From NCBI GenBank assembly GCA_028534125.1, contig CM052816.1, positions 33,048,001 to 33,112,000 on the forward strand: a stretch of 64,000 bases of DNA. Direction: 5' to 3'. Source of the stretch: Lama glama. Its lineage: Eukaryota. Below the pieces are notes generated by a model, which did not search any database, was not told where the DNA came from, and saw nothing but the letters and a program-made list of their open reading frames with translations. The translations under genes and the position numbers were made by a program. Numbering within the stretch: the stretch's first letter is position 1; each line of letters begins with the position of its first letter. This document shows, piece after piece, positions 36,401 to 49,850 of the stretch.

Positions 36401-39400
36401 TTCTTCGGCTAACTGGAATCCTAGATTTTCCCCCATCTGCTAGTATATGTATACACACCATAAGACTTTAGATTTATCTTAGAGTATTTTCTCCTCCTGG
36501 CTTGATAAAATCTGCCTTTCCTTAGGCTAATCATTTCCCCCAAATTTAAGTATCTCAGGTGCTCTGAGGAACCCTAACTTTGAACCATCTTGAACATACA
36601 AAATAGGTCAATCAGGTAATTAGCTTATGAATCCTGAACATTTATACAGCTTCTTATGGTTTCCATAAGCTCTTTCTCATTTGATCCTCACAACAGCTCT
36701 GTGCTGTAAGCAGGGCAAGGGTTACTTCCCCAATTTATGTGGTGCTCTAGGGAGGTTAAGAGATTTATCTGGTGCCAGCACTAGAGGTGAGCCCAGGTCT
36801 TCCTTCTCCGTTGGTTCAAATTAAGAGTCTATTATCTACCAGGCATGGTGGCCGACACCGAGGAGACAAAGATGTGTAAAACAGAGTTCAAGTTTTCAGG
36901 GAGCTGGCTCTAGTGGAGACACACACACACAGACACACACAGAGGCCCCCAGCTGCCCTTCATTGACAGACAAGACTAATTCCTTTCTATAGAGTTTCTT
37001 TACCTCATGCGGAAGGAAAACTACCGTCCTTCACGAACACCCGGCAGTTTTTTATAGCTGGCCTTTTGGATGGCTCTCACCTGTCTCAGGCTGCGGCCTT
37101 GTATTTAAAGAAAAAAACAAAAAACAAAAAACAAAATCCTCTGGATAACAGTCTTTGCAACTTTAACTTGATTCTTTGAGATAGGACAAGATTTTCATTT
37201 TCATTTGAAATGTGAGGTGAAAAAACTGAAAGCAAGCACGTCTCCCAACCCTAAGACACAAGTCCAATTGCTGTGATGTTAGAAGGTAACACTAACCTTT
37301 TAAGTTGACTAGAAATTGAGATGAAGTCACAGAAACCGCAGCTAACAAGAACACCGTGTAAAAAGCACAGACACCTGCTTCTTGAAAGATTCAGCTCTTT
37401 CAAGAGACCTCTCTCACCTCAAGAATGATAGAAGTCCCCACTACATTACCAAAGGCTATACCACCAAGAACATGGTCACAAAAATCCACACATAGATTTC
37501 TTGACACTCTCATATATTACAGCTCACTGTAAAACTCAGAAGCCTGACGCTGAGTTCAGATCCCAAAGGCATTCTGTCATGAGTTAAGGGATGCGGTGCA
37601 AGTCATTACCCTGTGGGGTCTAATTTCCCATAGTGATCTAACTTCATCCGAGGACGGATCCTAAAATACTTCAAGAAGGGTACTGCTACGGACTGCCTCT
37701 TAAACTGCCTTCCCAAAATATCATCTCTTACAACCAGGGTTTTTATAGACGCTGCACATCCAACAGAGCAAGATTATATTCTGCATCTAGAGTCTAGGTA
37801 TCCTGACAGGCTCTTACATTTCAAGATTGATGTTCGAAGCTATTCATTAATTCCCACAGACAAAACTCATTCGGATTTTAGGAACTGCTTGACATGTTTA
37901 CCTCAAGTCATAAAGAACAGACTTATTAAAATGCTTCAGAAGTAGAGAAAGTAAGGCTTCAAAAAATTATTTTCATTCCCCAAATGTTATTGCTCCCCAT
38001 TGTCATCTATCAATGGCTCCCAATCAGTCATGCTCTGCCTGAGCAGCACAGTAAAACATCAGCCTGTGCCCAAGGCGGTCCCACGGGTTCTTCCAAACAG
38101 AGCCCATAAAGACTACAAAGGAAACAGAAAGATGACAGAACGTACACACTTTATTTTAGACCTACCCTGATTTCCTTTAGGCTTTGGGCACATGACTACC
38201 TTTATGGCTGCAATAATTTTACTGTAAAGACCTGGTACCATAATTTCTTCTGGGAAAGTGTTATGTTAAGTTGTCAAGAAAAAAGCAAGTTATGTTTTTT
38301 TTTTTCCTCATTCAAGGACACCGCTGCACTCAGAACAGGAAAGCAGCTTCTTTCAAGTATTAGATTGTAGCTCCTGGTGTCAGCTGATCACAGACACTAC
38401 CTGTGGCCATTCCTACAAGGATTCATCCACTTCCCGGATCATCACATTTTGGTCAGGTTCCACATATATCTTACTTACTCTGGCCAAAAAAAAAAAAAAA
38501 AGTGGGGGTGGGGAGGAGTGGATAGTGTTTTTATTAAATTTGTAAATACATGCGTCTAGAGCAGTCTTTCATTCTTGCTTATAAAAATGGAGTCCATGCT
38601 GATAGCCATCTGTCGGTGGTGATTAGATCTGTAAGATACAGTCTCCACCTGACTAAATGGACATATGGTTGAGTGTTGTGTTTTCTTTTTATGTACCACC
38701 ACAATTTGATCTACCCTATTACATTCATTCGGATTTTGTAGCACATGTTTTGGCATTAACAGAGGGAAAAAATTGGGCTGGGAAGGTGGTGACAAGGCTG
38801 TGGCTGGCGAGAATGAAGCTTGATACCCTCAACAGAACAACAGGACTTATTTTTTCAGATTGGCCAGGCATTAGAGCACACCTAAAAATGCCATCCCATA
38901 ATTTGCCTATATCTTCTCTTCTTCCTCCCCAGTTTTGCCTCTTAAATATTTACTCATATGAGTTTTGTGCTCTGCTAACTTAGAGGTGGGAGTTGTTTAG
39001 AAAATGCATGCAAGGTCTTTACCTTAAACCCTGTATTTTTAGTCTGGAATATAAGGAATATTAGACTACCATCCCACCTCCCTCACCCAATACACACATA
39101 AAATTCAATACTGAGAACGAGCCAGCCAGTGTATCTGATGAATTTATGTCCCCAACTCAATGTGGTTGGGATTCAGAAAGGCGCTGGGAATTAGGAAGTA
39201 CAGTGTGGTGAGGAATTTGAAGATGGAACTGGCTGAGGTGAAAGAGGATGTGGGGGGAACACGAACCTACGTACCCAGACATAAAGAAGAACCTGATGTA
39301 GGAAGGAGGAGGAACCAAGGTTGACTGGTATCAGGGAAGCTCCCTAAATGAGGAGATTAATTTTCAGTAAAGGACTAGTCATATGAACAATAATTTACTT

Positions 39401-41200
39401 TGAGAGTCTAGCACAGACAACAGGACAGGGATGTGTTAGTTTTGATCTGCCCTCAACAGGCACACACTCTGGAAGGGTCTGGCTAGTATCTGAGAGATGC
39501 TCATCAAAAGGCATCACTCAAGAGGCAGCTACTTCCAACTCCTCACCCTCCTCTTCCCAATGCTAAAGGCTTTGTAAATTCCTTCAGTGGAGGTGAGCAA
39601 AGATTGCTCACTGGTGAAATTTGTGGTGTTTAAGATCTGTGGATTGGAGAGAAATGTGGAAAAGGCACCACACCAAAGGACGAGCAAGCTAAGAGAATCT
39701 GAGGAGCCCAACCTTACTGTGCAATGGTGCCCACAGCTCAATTCTGCAACAATCCTGTGTGTAGCCAGCCACCGGCTTGGAGGCTTCCTGTCACCTGATC
39801 CTGACTAGGTTAGTGAAATCCCACCCCCAGATATGTCACATTTGCTTCACAGTAATTTTTCACGTAAGGTACTTACTGTCAGAGCATCTGTAAGTTCAGA
39901 GGTCAGACTCTTGACTGTTTCCTGCCTATGTATGCAATGAAGTGCTTGCATACATAGCAGGGTTGGTAGGAGTCTGCTCTTATATCTGGGGACATGACTG
40001 AAGGAGAAGACACACCTCTCATCTGCCTCAACTGTTGGTGGTTACCCATATCCACCCCAAACCCCACTTCATTAAACATAATCAAAGTGGCTTGGAGGTC
40101 AGTTTTTAGCTCACTTGAATAGAGATATTTTATTTGAAACAAACACATCATAAAAACTAACATTTTTGGAAGCATGAAAAATGGGAGCAGCGATGTGGAC
40201 ACATGCCTGAGAAACTCAAACTGCAAACCACATGAATTTTCATTAAAATCATAGCCTAGACACGGAAAAAAATGTCAAGTATCTACAATTTTTAGACTCA
40301 TATAATACATGGTTTCTCTCTGAAAATGCCCCTAAAATGTTGTACGATTCCAAATGATTATAGAAAGAGTACATATTTGCAGCTTAATAAAGTGCATTTT
40401 ACTAAGGTTTGGCATTTATTAACTGATGGGCATTTGATAACTAGGATCCCATGAGATCTTTCAATAACACATTGGTACATAAAATTATGTCAGTGTATAA
40501 ATTATATATATAACCAATCTTTATCAGTTCATATACAGGCAATACATACCAATCCAATGCTTAAAGGGAAGAAAAAGCCAACCCCTCTTTCTCTGCCAAG
40601 CAGCATACGACCTATTTCCTTCTCACTGATCTTAAATTCCTAGGTATTTTGAACATGGCCATTTGTTGTTGAGAGCCACCATCAGACAGAGCTCAATGAC
40701 TGACTCCACTCAAGGGAAGGCCACAGAGAAGGCTTCATATCATTCTCAGAAAGCATACGACTGCCATATGTAGCCTGATCTTTTAAAACCAAAAAATCCC
40801 ACATTGCAGACAGTGTCACTGTATGTTAGCACTCAGTTGTTAACACACATCCAAGCAAGTGCAACAAAAATGCAAGCCTCTAAATATAACCACCTTTATT
40901 TTACAATGCCAACACTCAAACCCTCAATCCCCACCCTTTCAGGCAACACTTATCATTACCAGAGATTTCATTTTCTCTACTCCCAGCCCCTTACTCCAAA
41001 CTTATGAGACACTGCTCCTCCTAGTATTCACGCACCAACACTTCCTGTATGCGAAGCACAGTGCTGGGCACAGAACACAAAATGACAAAGTCAGTTCCTA
41101 CGCAGGCAGCTCAGAGGGACACATTCTTGCCCATTTCAGATTGCACAGCTTCTAAGGTGGCAGCCCCCCTCTAACTGCTGCTTTAAAAAAAGAACCCCTT

Positions 41201-41335
41201 GGGGGAGGGTACAGCTCAGTAGTAGAGTGCATGCCTGGCATGCACACGGTTCCAGGTTCAACCCCAGTACCTCCATTAAAATAAATAAATAAACCTAATT
41301 ACCTTCTCCCCCCCAAAATTAAAATAATAAAAAAA
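41201..41335 (+). mobile_element. Camelid tRNA-derived SINE (Vic-1 type)
   Basis: GGGGGAGGGTACAGCTCAGTAGTAGAGTGCATGCC...GGTTCAACCCCCAGTACCTCC...AAACCTAATTACC. Degenerate TSD aaaaaaagaacccctt / aaaaaaagagtcctt at a TTT/AAAA L1-endonuclease-type site. Confidence 0.9.
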
Positions 41336-42899
41336 GAGTCCTTGTTCCACTCCTTTAATCCACCCTCCCTCCTACTAGTATTTCCCTTTCCCATCCAATT
41401 CTGAGTTCTTTACCTTTGATTTGCTTTAATCGTTTTAATCTTTAATTCCTCCCAAACACAGCTTGTTTGTAGGGTTCCTTCTTCCTTAAGTGTGCTTGTT
41501 TTTCTTGAATTTTAAAATTCTACTTGCTTTCCAGTGAAAATGCTCCTTGACCTGTATTTTAGACTAATCTAACCAAAACTGTTTCTACAAGATTATGACT
41601 GAAATTGCTTCTACCATGTGCTGGAGCATTGCTGCTTCAGTTTGCCACTTTTCTAGGCTCTGTAACTTCCTGACAACCCCACACCTCCCTAACTCATGGA
41701 ACTGGGAACAAAACTGAAAATAATCAGAATCCTCAAGGAGTTAAGTTAGTGGGCTAATAAGATAAACCAAGCAGTATTAAAATAAGAAACAGAATGTGAA
41801 CTCTGCAGTCAGAGTTACACAGCGCCACAGAGGCTTGGAAGGGAGAGATAACAAAATCTGATTTGTAGACGCCGTGTGAAACGTAAAGCCTTCTGGTCTC
41901 CCAATATTCAGGGCTTTTCAGTAAGTGCTCATAACCACCATGACCCTTCAGGCAGTTCACAGCAAGCAGCATCCTAATAAAAATATATAGTCACAAAAGG
42001 AGAACAATAACAGAGCCTGAAGACTGCGGGGAGCCTCATGAAGGAGGGAGCCTCGCACCCAACAAGCCGCCCATGGACTTGACAGCCTCGTGTCAAAGCA
42101 CCTCTGATAAGAGAGAAGAAAAGCTGAGGTCCTTTTCAGGACAGAGGGTGGGGAACAAGAACCGCTTGACTCAAACGTGTGGTCGATTCCTAATTCCTGA
42201 CACGTGCGCTCTTCCATACCCGCTCACAGAGCCAGCAACTTCCCCTTTGTTACCCTGTCACTCACAATTCTGTAAAAAGCAACCCTGTCCGGAAGAGGCC
42301 ACACCAGCTAATCCTTAAGTCCTTCGGAGTGCTAAAGCACTTCCCTGCAGGGTGCATCATTTATTTTTTGCCCCACTTCCTAAGTCCACCTCATTTCTGA
42401 GGCACAAAACATAGCACAAGGGATCCAGGCAGCCAAGTCAGAATTGGGCAGACTGGCGTTTCTTTGCAGCACTATTGTCTCTCCTGTGTCCCTCCTCCCA
42501 CCCCGTCTCCACGCTCCACACTTTGAATACAAGGCCACGCACAGTGGTGTGAATGCACAAAAGTGCAGAGCCACACACCAAGCAGCTCCTGCTTCAGTCC
42601 TGAAAAGCTCCCTGTGTTTCAGCCAAGGCCCAATGTGCCCCCTGCTCATTCCCTCCGGCCTGTTTCCAAAGCCCGCAAGGACAACGGAGCTGAGGACGGG
42701 AGGCAGCACCACATGCTCAGTCCTCTGCTCAGAGGTCCCCTCTTGTGGGTCACATCCTCACAACTCTGTTCCATCGATCACATAACCTGATTCCCCACGT
42801 ATGTTCATGTAGCACTCCTACACTGAGTGATACTATGGTGTCGCACTGTAGACGAACACTTAAAATACAAGGGGATATGCACTAGAACACAGGCAGGCA

Positions 42900-43660
42900 T
42901 GAGACTCTACAGCACACTGGGTCTGTTCCTCGACTGCTTCAGCTTCTTCATCCAACCACCAGTGTTATCAGTTCCAGAACCTCACTTCTGAATCCCTGGC
43001 TCCACCACTCACTCAGTTCAGGCCATCAGCATCTCCCTCCCAGATTACTTACGTCTGCTGACTGTTCTCATCACTTCTAATCTCATCTCCCTCCAAGCCA
43101 CGCTCCATAGCAGCCAGGTGTATCTTTCAAAGCTCAAATTCCACGTTGTCTCCCAGCCCCAACATAAACAAGTATCAGCCAAAGGATCCCCATTACCATC
43201 AGGACAAAGGCTATATATGAAGCCACACTGAAAACCTTGTAGTACCCCCAAATCACTGTGCTCAACCCTGCCATGGGACTCTGCACACAAACCATTTCCC
43301 TCTGTTCAGAACACAATTCCCATTTCCACCAAAGCCCTCACCCTTTACTTATCTAGCTGAACCCCGTCCTTTAAGTCTAGATGTTGATATCGTTTCCCCC
43401 AGAAGCCTCTGCTGAACACCTTAGGCAAGTCTAGATGCCTCTCTTTTAAGTTCCTGCTGTAAAACTTACATCCTTGTGAGAGCTTACCTCTTTCCTCCAC
43501 TAGACATCAAACCACTTGGGGGCCTAGAATGGAAACTTACATACAGTAGTCTTTTTATAGCTGTTGCGAATAATTAATCATAACAACAGGAACTATGACT
43601 TTATATCTTTGTCCTTAGCATAGTGCTTGACAGATGTCGGGGACTGCTTTTTGAATGGAA
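42900..43660 (+). mobile_element. LINE-2 3' portion
   Basis: TCAGGCCATCAGCATCTC...AGATTAC..., CTCCATAGCAGCCAGG..TATCTTTCAAA..., TTCCTCCACTAGAC... and CCTTAGCATAGTGCTTGACA. Confidence 0.72.
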
Positions 43661-43911
43661 GGTCTAACGCTGCTTGGAGGCTTTGGTGGAAGCCTTCATA
43701 CAGAAAGGGATCATCTGAGTTGTGGAGGAAAAAAATGATTCATTTCAGGTTTGGTATAGCTATGTTGTAACCATGCTGTCAATGGTTGTCACTCTGGGAG
43801 GATCCTCAAATTAAAACAAATGCCAAGCACATCCACCCCTCACCCTCATCCTTCCACATCAATCATGGCTGCCACAGACAGGTTCTATCTTCCCCAATAC
43901 GGGAGGAAGGG

Positions 43912-44141
43912 CAGCTGACCTTTGAACAACACGGGTTTGAACTGTGCGGGTCCAATTATACATGAATTTCTTTCAGCAGTATTACAGTAGCACTGATCTG
44001 TGGTTGGCTGAATCCACAGACGGGAAACTGTGGATACTGAGGGATACGGGCGGCCATATAGGGCCCAGTGTAAGTTATTTGGGAAGTCTGACTGTACAGA
44101 GGGTGGGTGCCCTTAACCCTTGGCTGTTCAAGGGTCAACTG
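43912..44141. mobile_element. Tigger2-derived MITE (MER8/MER28-like)
   Basis: Terminal inverted repeats CAGCTGACCTTTGAACAAC ... GCTGTTCAAGGGTCAACTG. Confidence 0.88.
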
Positions 44142-44961
44142 TGCTTCACTTTGGTACCACAGAAAAGATCACTAAGTTGACCTTTTTATGACTAATTTTT
44201 ATTTGTACAACTAAACTGTGGACAACTATTTGTCACTGTGACTCAAACGATACAACTGGTTTGCTATGCTATGACACATATTCAGGATTAAGAACAGTGT
44301 GAAATGAAGCATTCATACTCTTACATCAATGGGATATTATTAAAATCACCTAATGGATACCTTGAAGTTTAAGCCTTTCCAAAACTCTGGTGACAGTCGA
44401 GAAGCATTCTCTCTATGCCCTGTGGATAATATATATCCTCTTTCAATGAGAGATCAAAATTATTTTCTTCAGCTTCAACTACTTCAGTATCTTTGAACAC
44501 TAAGTATCACCTCCTCCAAAAAAAAAAAAAAAAGAAAGAAAGAAAAGAAAAAGAAAACTTAAACCAAACCAAAAATAATAATGTGCCTGCTGAGCCCACA
44601 AGAGGTGGCCATCATTATGATTCCATTTAAAAGTAAAAATAAGCTTTCAAACAACATGATCTTTCCTTTTTTCTCTATAATAAAACACAAGTAATTTATA
44701 CACAATCCAATTAAAATGTGAATCAAATTCCTACCACATTCACCACTCCCCTCATTACCAGATTGCGGTTACTACCTCAGGCCCAAATAGAGGCCATCAT
44801 TTAGTCATTTGACAAATACTAAGTGCCTAAAATATGCTAGGTAGGGGCTGGAATGACCACACTAATCCCTTAAAGTAGCCACCAGTTGCTTTGTTGATCA
44901 CTCAGAACTTACTTTTCAGTCACATGTTGTTTGATAACAAGCCCCTCCCCTTGCCCCATCC

Positions 44962-45167
44962 CAGGGGTTGGGGGGGAAATGGCCTGTGAGCCAAATCTGG
45001 CTGCTGCCAGTTTTTGTAAATGAACTTTTACAGGCACATGGCCACGTCCCCTCATTTACATAGTGACCATGACTGCTTTTGCTGCCCCAACGGCAAGTCA
45101 GCCGTATGGCCCATAAAGCTTATAATATTTCTATTTGGCCCCTTATAGAAGCAGCTTGCAGAGCCCT
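44962..45167 (+). mobile_element. hAT-Charlie MITE, MER58A-like
   Basis: CAGGGGTTGG...GGCCTGTGAGCCAAATCTGGC...GTTTTTGTAAAT...TATTTGGCCCCTTATAGAA...CCCTG. Confidence 0.8.
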
Positions 45168-47458
45168 GCTCTTTCTTGGTAACCTTCCTACGAGTTTCCT
45201 TCCTCCCTCCATGACTGCACCTTCACAGGCTTTTGTCTTCTCTTGCCCAGTGGAGGTGGATCCTGTGCTCCTCTGCCCGTCACCATCTCCCTCTGCCACA
45301 TCTTCCCTCCCTCCCTCTGTCACAGACCTATGGCATAACTATCTGTAAGCTGGTTTGTCTTCCCGAACAGATTGGGCTCCTTAAGGACAGGCCCCCATGT
45401 CACAGCTGTAACTCAGCACAGCTCCAGGCACGTGGCAACCATTCAAAAAATATCAACTAGGCGGATGAGCCTTTACAAGGTATTTCAAAAATAAGTATGT
45501 GTAAAGGCTCTGGAGAAAGTTCAGCCGTGAAAAACAATCATTCACATCATGAAGTTTCTACTCCTTTGTGTTACCAGCTTTGACCTTGTCTAGAGGTAGC
45601 ATGGGTGCCAAAGCAGAAACCTTGAATAGGGGATTTCTCCTCTGAATAAGAGCCGACGGTCTGACCTTGCCATTTACTAGTATCTTAGTGAAGATGCCTA
45701 CCCTTAGAGTCTCAGCTGCCTCACCTATAAAACGGAGGTTAATAGGTGGTTGTGAAACCAAGATTATGTGCAAAATAGTTACCACCTTGCGAAGCAATTT
45801 AAGTGTTCAATAAATAGAAGTATTACTTTTATGGACAAGTTGCTCTGCTTTGAGGCTCTAAGAACACTGGCCATGAATGTGGCTGTGATGTCACCTCTGT
45901 GTTAGTTCATCTCACTTGTCTTCACAGCAGGAGCCCAGGTTCAGGTGGCTGTTTCATAGCTCACATTGTAAAATCAAGCAGTTGGGTCTTATATTAATAA
46001 TTATTCTTCAAAATAAAAGGTCAGACTCTAAGAGAGGAGCTTTTCCCTCTCTTCCATAAAGCTTTGGTTGAAAAATATTAACGCTGAAACTCAACGGAAG
46101 CATCAACAAACTGTTCTGTAAACTGCCTCTCCCTATGGACTTTCCTAGGACTTGCCGTTCCAGCTCTAACAGCTGCAAATATTTTTTTGTAGTTGGTTCT
46201 GCATTTTAAGTTTTTTTATTAGCTGCAAATTTTTAGGAGTAGATATTTTGGTAATCAAAAAGACAATATTGTGTAAATGAACTTTTATGGTCTTACTGCA
46301 AAGATACTTTTTCTAAGGTAATGAATATATGTGAAACTTTTTCTTTTTTTAAAGGTAGCAGTTATTATATGAGGATTAAAACAGAGATACTTAAATTCTG
46401 CACGTGTCAAAACGAAAAGAGGGAGTAATACCAGTAAAATCACCAAAAGGAAACACACAGATATCCCACCAGTATATCACACTATTTGGAGAGGCTGGGA
46501 ATTAAGAGGGGGGAAAGTGGAGTTTTAAGCTGATTAGGGAAAAGCTCTGCCTTCCACCTATATCCCTTAATTGATGTTCTGGTTGCATCAAGTGACTGTG
46601 ATGGATAGCCAAAGCCCTGTCATTTATCTTTTGGAATGAAACCAGAGAATTGAGGCAGGGCCCACTGAGCATTGCTCATTGAAGTGCTAGCCTATCTACT
46701 CCCAGGAGAGAGACACTGAGAGGTCAGAAAGGACGCATGCACTATGTGTATGTGCACATTAGGCCCAAGTACTCCTCTCCTCTTCCAACTCAGGGGGCCG
46801 AGGAAGCAGGGAGTGGATATGCGCAACAGTACCTTCAGTATTTCCTGCAGCTTGATCCACCCCAGGGTGACCAGACTGTGCAAACAGTGTAGCTTAGAAA
46901 GGAGCCACAATTCCTAACTAGGCGTCTGGCTCCTAAGAAGCAGCCAGCAGGAGGGCGGGGAGGAGGGTGACAGAGCCCTCTATCCAGCTTCCTTACTCAC
47001 CAACATGATAACTGGCTTATAAGCGCCTCAGCTACGATAAATAACATTCGAAATGTACGCTGGGTAGGTCGATGCATACCCTGGCTTTAATTAATTTTAT
47101 CCTTTTGCATCTCTAGCATTTCCATCTTCCTAAGGTTAGCTGGTAGTTCACTGAGCTGAAAGATTGGGGGCTGGGTGGAACAGTGTTTCAGGAGCGGAGT
47201 GAATGTCACACAAGGGCAAAGGGCAGAGTGTGATCTGCTGAGTGCCCCTGCTTCCTCCTCCTTACTGACATTACCATCCGCTCAACCAGGAGGGGAGAAG
47301 GTAGGCAGGAATAATCAGTTAAGTGCATTAGGGTTCTTTCCCTTTCTTTCCTACAAGTCCCATATGGGCAACTAATGAGAAAATGCCTAGAGGCAGAAAT
47401 GAACTTCATAACAACCAAGTGTAGCTGCATTTTGATTGACAGTAGTCAAAAAGTAAAA

Positions 47459-47499
47459 ATAAATAAATAAATACATACATACATACATACATAAATAAA
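47459..47499. repeat. (AAAT)n(ACAT)n tetranucleotide repeat
   Basis: Directly visible. Confidence 0.85.
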
Positions 47500-48584
47500 A
47501 CAACCAACCCTCAATTAAGTTAGAGAGCTTATTTTTTCACATCACAAATGAACTCACTATAGATTTCTTTTAGAAGATGAATGTCCTCTCAGGCATTTAA
47601 AATAATTAAACCTTTGATTTGCACACAATGTGTTTGGCAGTATTTTTGGTGCAAATCAAGATATATTCAGATGAAAAAACCTGTTTAGCTACCTGAACAA
47701 ATAAAACTTTTAAATTAATAACTATTCGTCAACAGAAGGGGCAACTTTATAGGAGCAACTTTGGAAATAATCTAGAACTGAGATTATCCTCAGAAATTCC
47801 CAGCATATTATGAATAATACATGATTTGTGGGCTTTTTTTTTTAATAGGGGTAGTGATACAGCCTTAAAACATCACCGTGTAAGAGAAATGAATAAAAGA
47901 GCAGTTTTGAAGTCATCCTCTGCCTTGTGAAAGTGTTTATAGGTTTCTGCCAACAATAAGGTATCTGCTGTCAAACCCAGAAGAAAATGCCTAAGGAGGT
48001 AACCTGTTCATTGCTTTTGTCTTTGTGGTTGTTTTAAACGTTGGGATGTTGAAGATTTCATTTGTACAAAGAGTTCTGTTGCCAAGTAAGTCTGGAAACT
48101 ATTGTTTGGAAGGTGCCATGCAGTCTGTGCACAGGAAGGTTTGAGGAAACAGCCCTTGGCAACGAACTCACTCCTGAGGCCTTTCCTTGGGGGCCCTTAA
48201 CTCCTGCTACGACTTCCAACAGTAAGTGACTGAGCAATAAGAACCAGTGATTAGAATGCCACCAATGGGTCAGCTGTTTTATTTATCCACAAATCTACCT
48301 CAGGATAGTTTTAACATGATTTTATTTTCAAAAAAGTTTATTTGAAGAAATGTGAGGTGAAAACATTAACATCTCATAGAATACATCATTTCTCATTGTA
48401 TTAGTAATAGCATATTATTGATTACATGATAGACATGTAGTCATTATTTTAAAATTTTAATAAGAAGTCCTGGCTGGGGTACAGTATAATGAATCTCCTT
48501 ATACCTATTTTCTCAGTTTTGTATATAGCAGGAACTTTCCACAACAAAGACTTATTTTACGTCTCAGAAGGGCCAGACAGATAC

Positions 48585-49226
48585 TGTAAAAGGCTAAACT
48601 TCATGTCCTTTAACCACAGTCCAGAAGGTTTGGGCCTGCTGTGATGAAGGGATTGATTCCCTTCAACCAACCCAAACTGGCCTGCAGAATAGTTCTTCTT
48701 GTTCTTTTTCCTCCTCCCCTTTCTGCCCTGTACCACAGTGTGCTGTGGACCCTTGACCAGCCAGGTACAAGTAACTGTGCTGCATCACAGGGACTGAAAT
48801 AAAGCCAACCCACCTGCGAACAAAAGGTACGGACTGCCATATCAGTAAACAAAGGAGGTTGCAGCCACCCCCAGTGGTGCCTCCTGGGGGAACTCAGGAT
48901 GGGAAGCACAGGGTACTGCCCTAGATGGCTAAGGTACGTATCAAAGGAATGATTTCAGTGAGTCCAGACTTTTGCCTTTTCCCACACATAGGAAAGCATT
49001 AAATTCCTTAATTTGAGATATCTGGTTTTCTTTAACAGTAATTTTTTGATGTTCCGACTACTTACAGAACTCCCTTATATCCTGGCTCCTCCCCTACCTC
49101 TTTAGAGCAGTCCCTTCAAGTGATCTGAGAGGCTGCCTCCTGGGCTTAAGCCTTCAGAAAGTGCACTGGATAAAACATAACTCTCAACTTTCAGGTTGTG
49201 CTTTTTTTTTTTTTTTTCAGTCAACA
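48585..49226 (+). mobile_element. ERV1-like solo LTR
   Basis: TG...CA termini. U3/R/U5-like tail CCCTTATATCCTGGCTCCTCCCCTACCTCTTTAGAGCAGTCCC...GAGAGGCTGCCTCCTGGGC...ATAAAACATAACTCTCAACT...TTTCAGTCAACA. The left boundary and TSD are not confirmed. Confidence 0.75.
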
Positions 49227-49609
49227 CACCTGATCAAGTGCCTTTCTGCCCATTTCATTTCACTTGGAGGTTCTAAAAATAACAATACACCAATCCAAAT
49301 CCAAAGTGACTAAGGCCATTTCCAGCAGAGGTAATTAAGTAGAATCAGACTCTATAAATAATTTGTACTCAGCCTTTAGTCAGGTTTCCTAAAAATAAGA
49401 ACAATCTTCCTCCTCTCTCTGAATCAGGCAGGAACTGGCTATGGATCTGACATTTTACCAAATAAGTATTTCATTTCCAATACATCTTGCTTGAAAAACT
49501 GTCACTCCTTCTAAACCCTCCAATATTGGCATTATCACCAGGTCTCTAGGCCAAGGATCTTTGAGGCCTTCTTGGTGTGAAGCCCCATCTCCTTGCTCTC
49601 CTGCTATAC

Positions 49610-49850
49610 CAGCAGTACTTCCTGAGAGCTTACTATGTATCAGGTACTATTTTAAGTCTTTTTACAAACAGTAACTCAAGTCATATTCATAGCTTCTTGG
49701 AGTAGGTATTAATATCTCTATTTTACAGATAAGGAATTACAGAGTCTAAGTAACTTGCCCAAAGAAACACAGCTAATAAGTGACAGAGATGGAATTTGAA
49801 CCTAGGCAGTCTGACTCTACAAAGACCACATGTTCTTAACTGTTTTTCAC
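49610..49850 (-). mobile_element. MIR SINE
   Basis: GAGCTTACTATGT...CTATTTTACAGATAAGGAA...AAGTAACTTGCCCAAAG..CACAGCTAATAAGTGACAGAG..GGAATTTGAACCTAGGCAGTCTGACTC. Confidence 0.85.
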
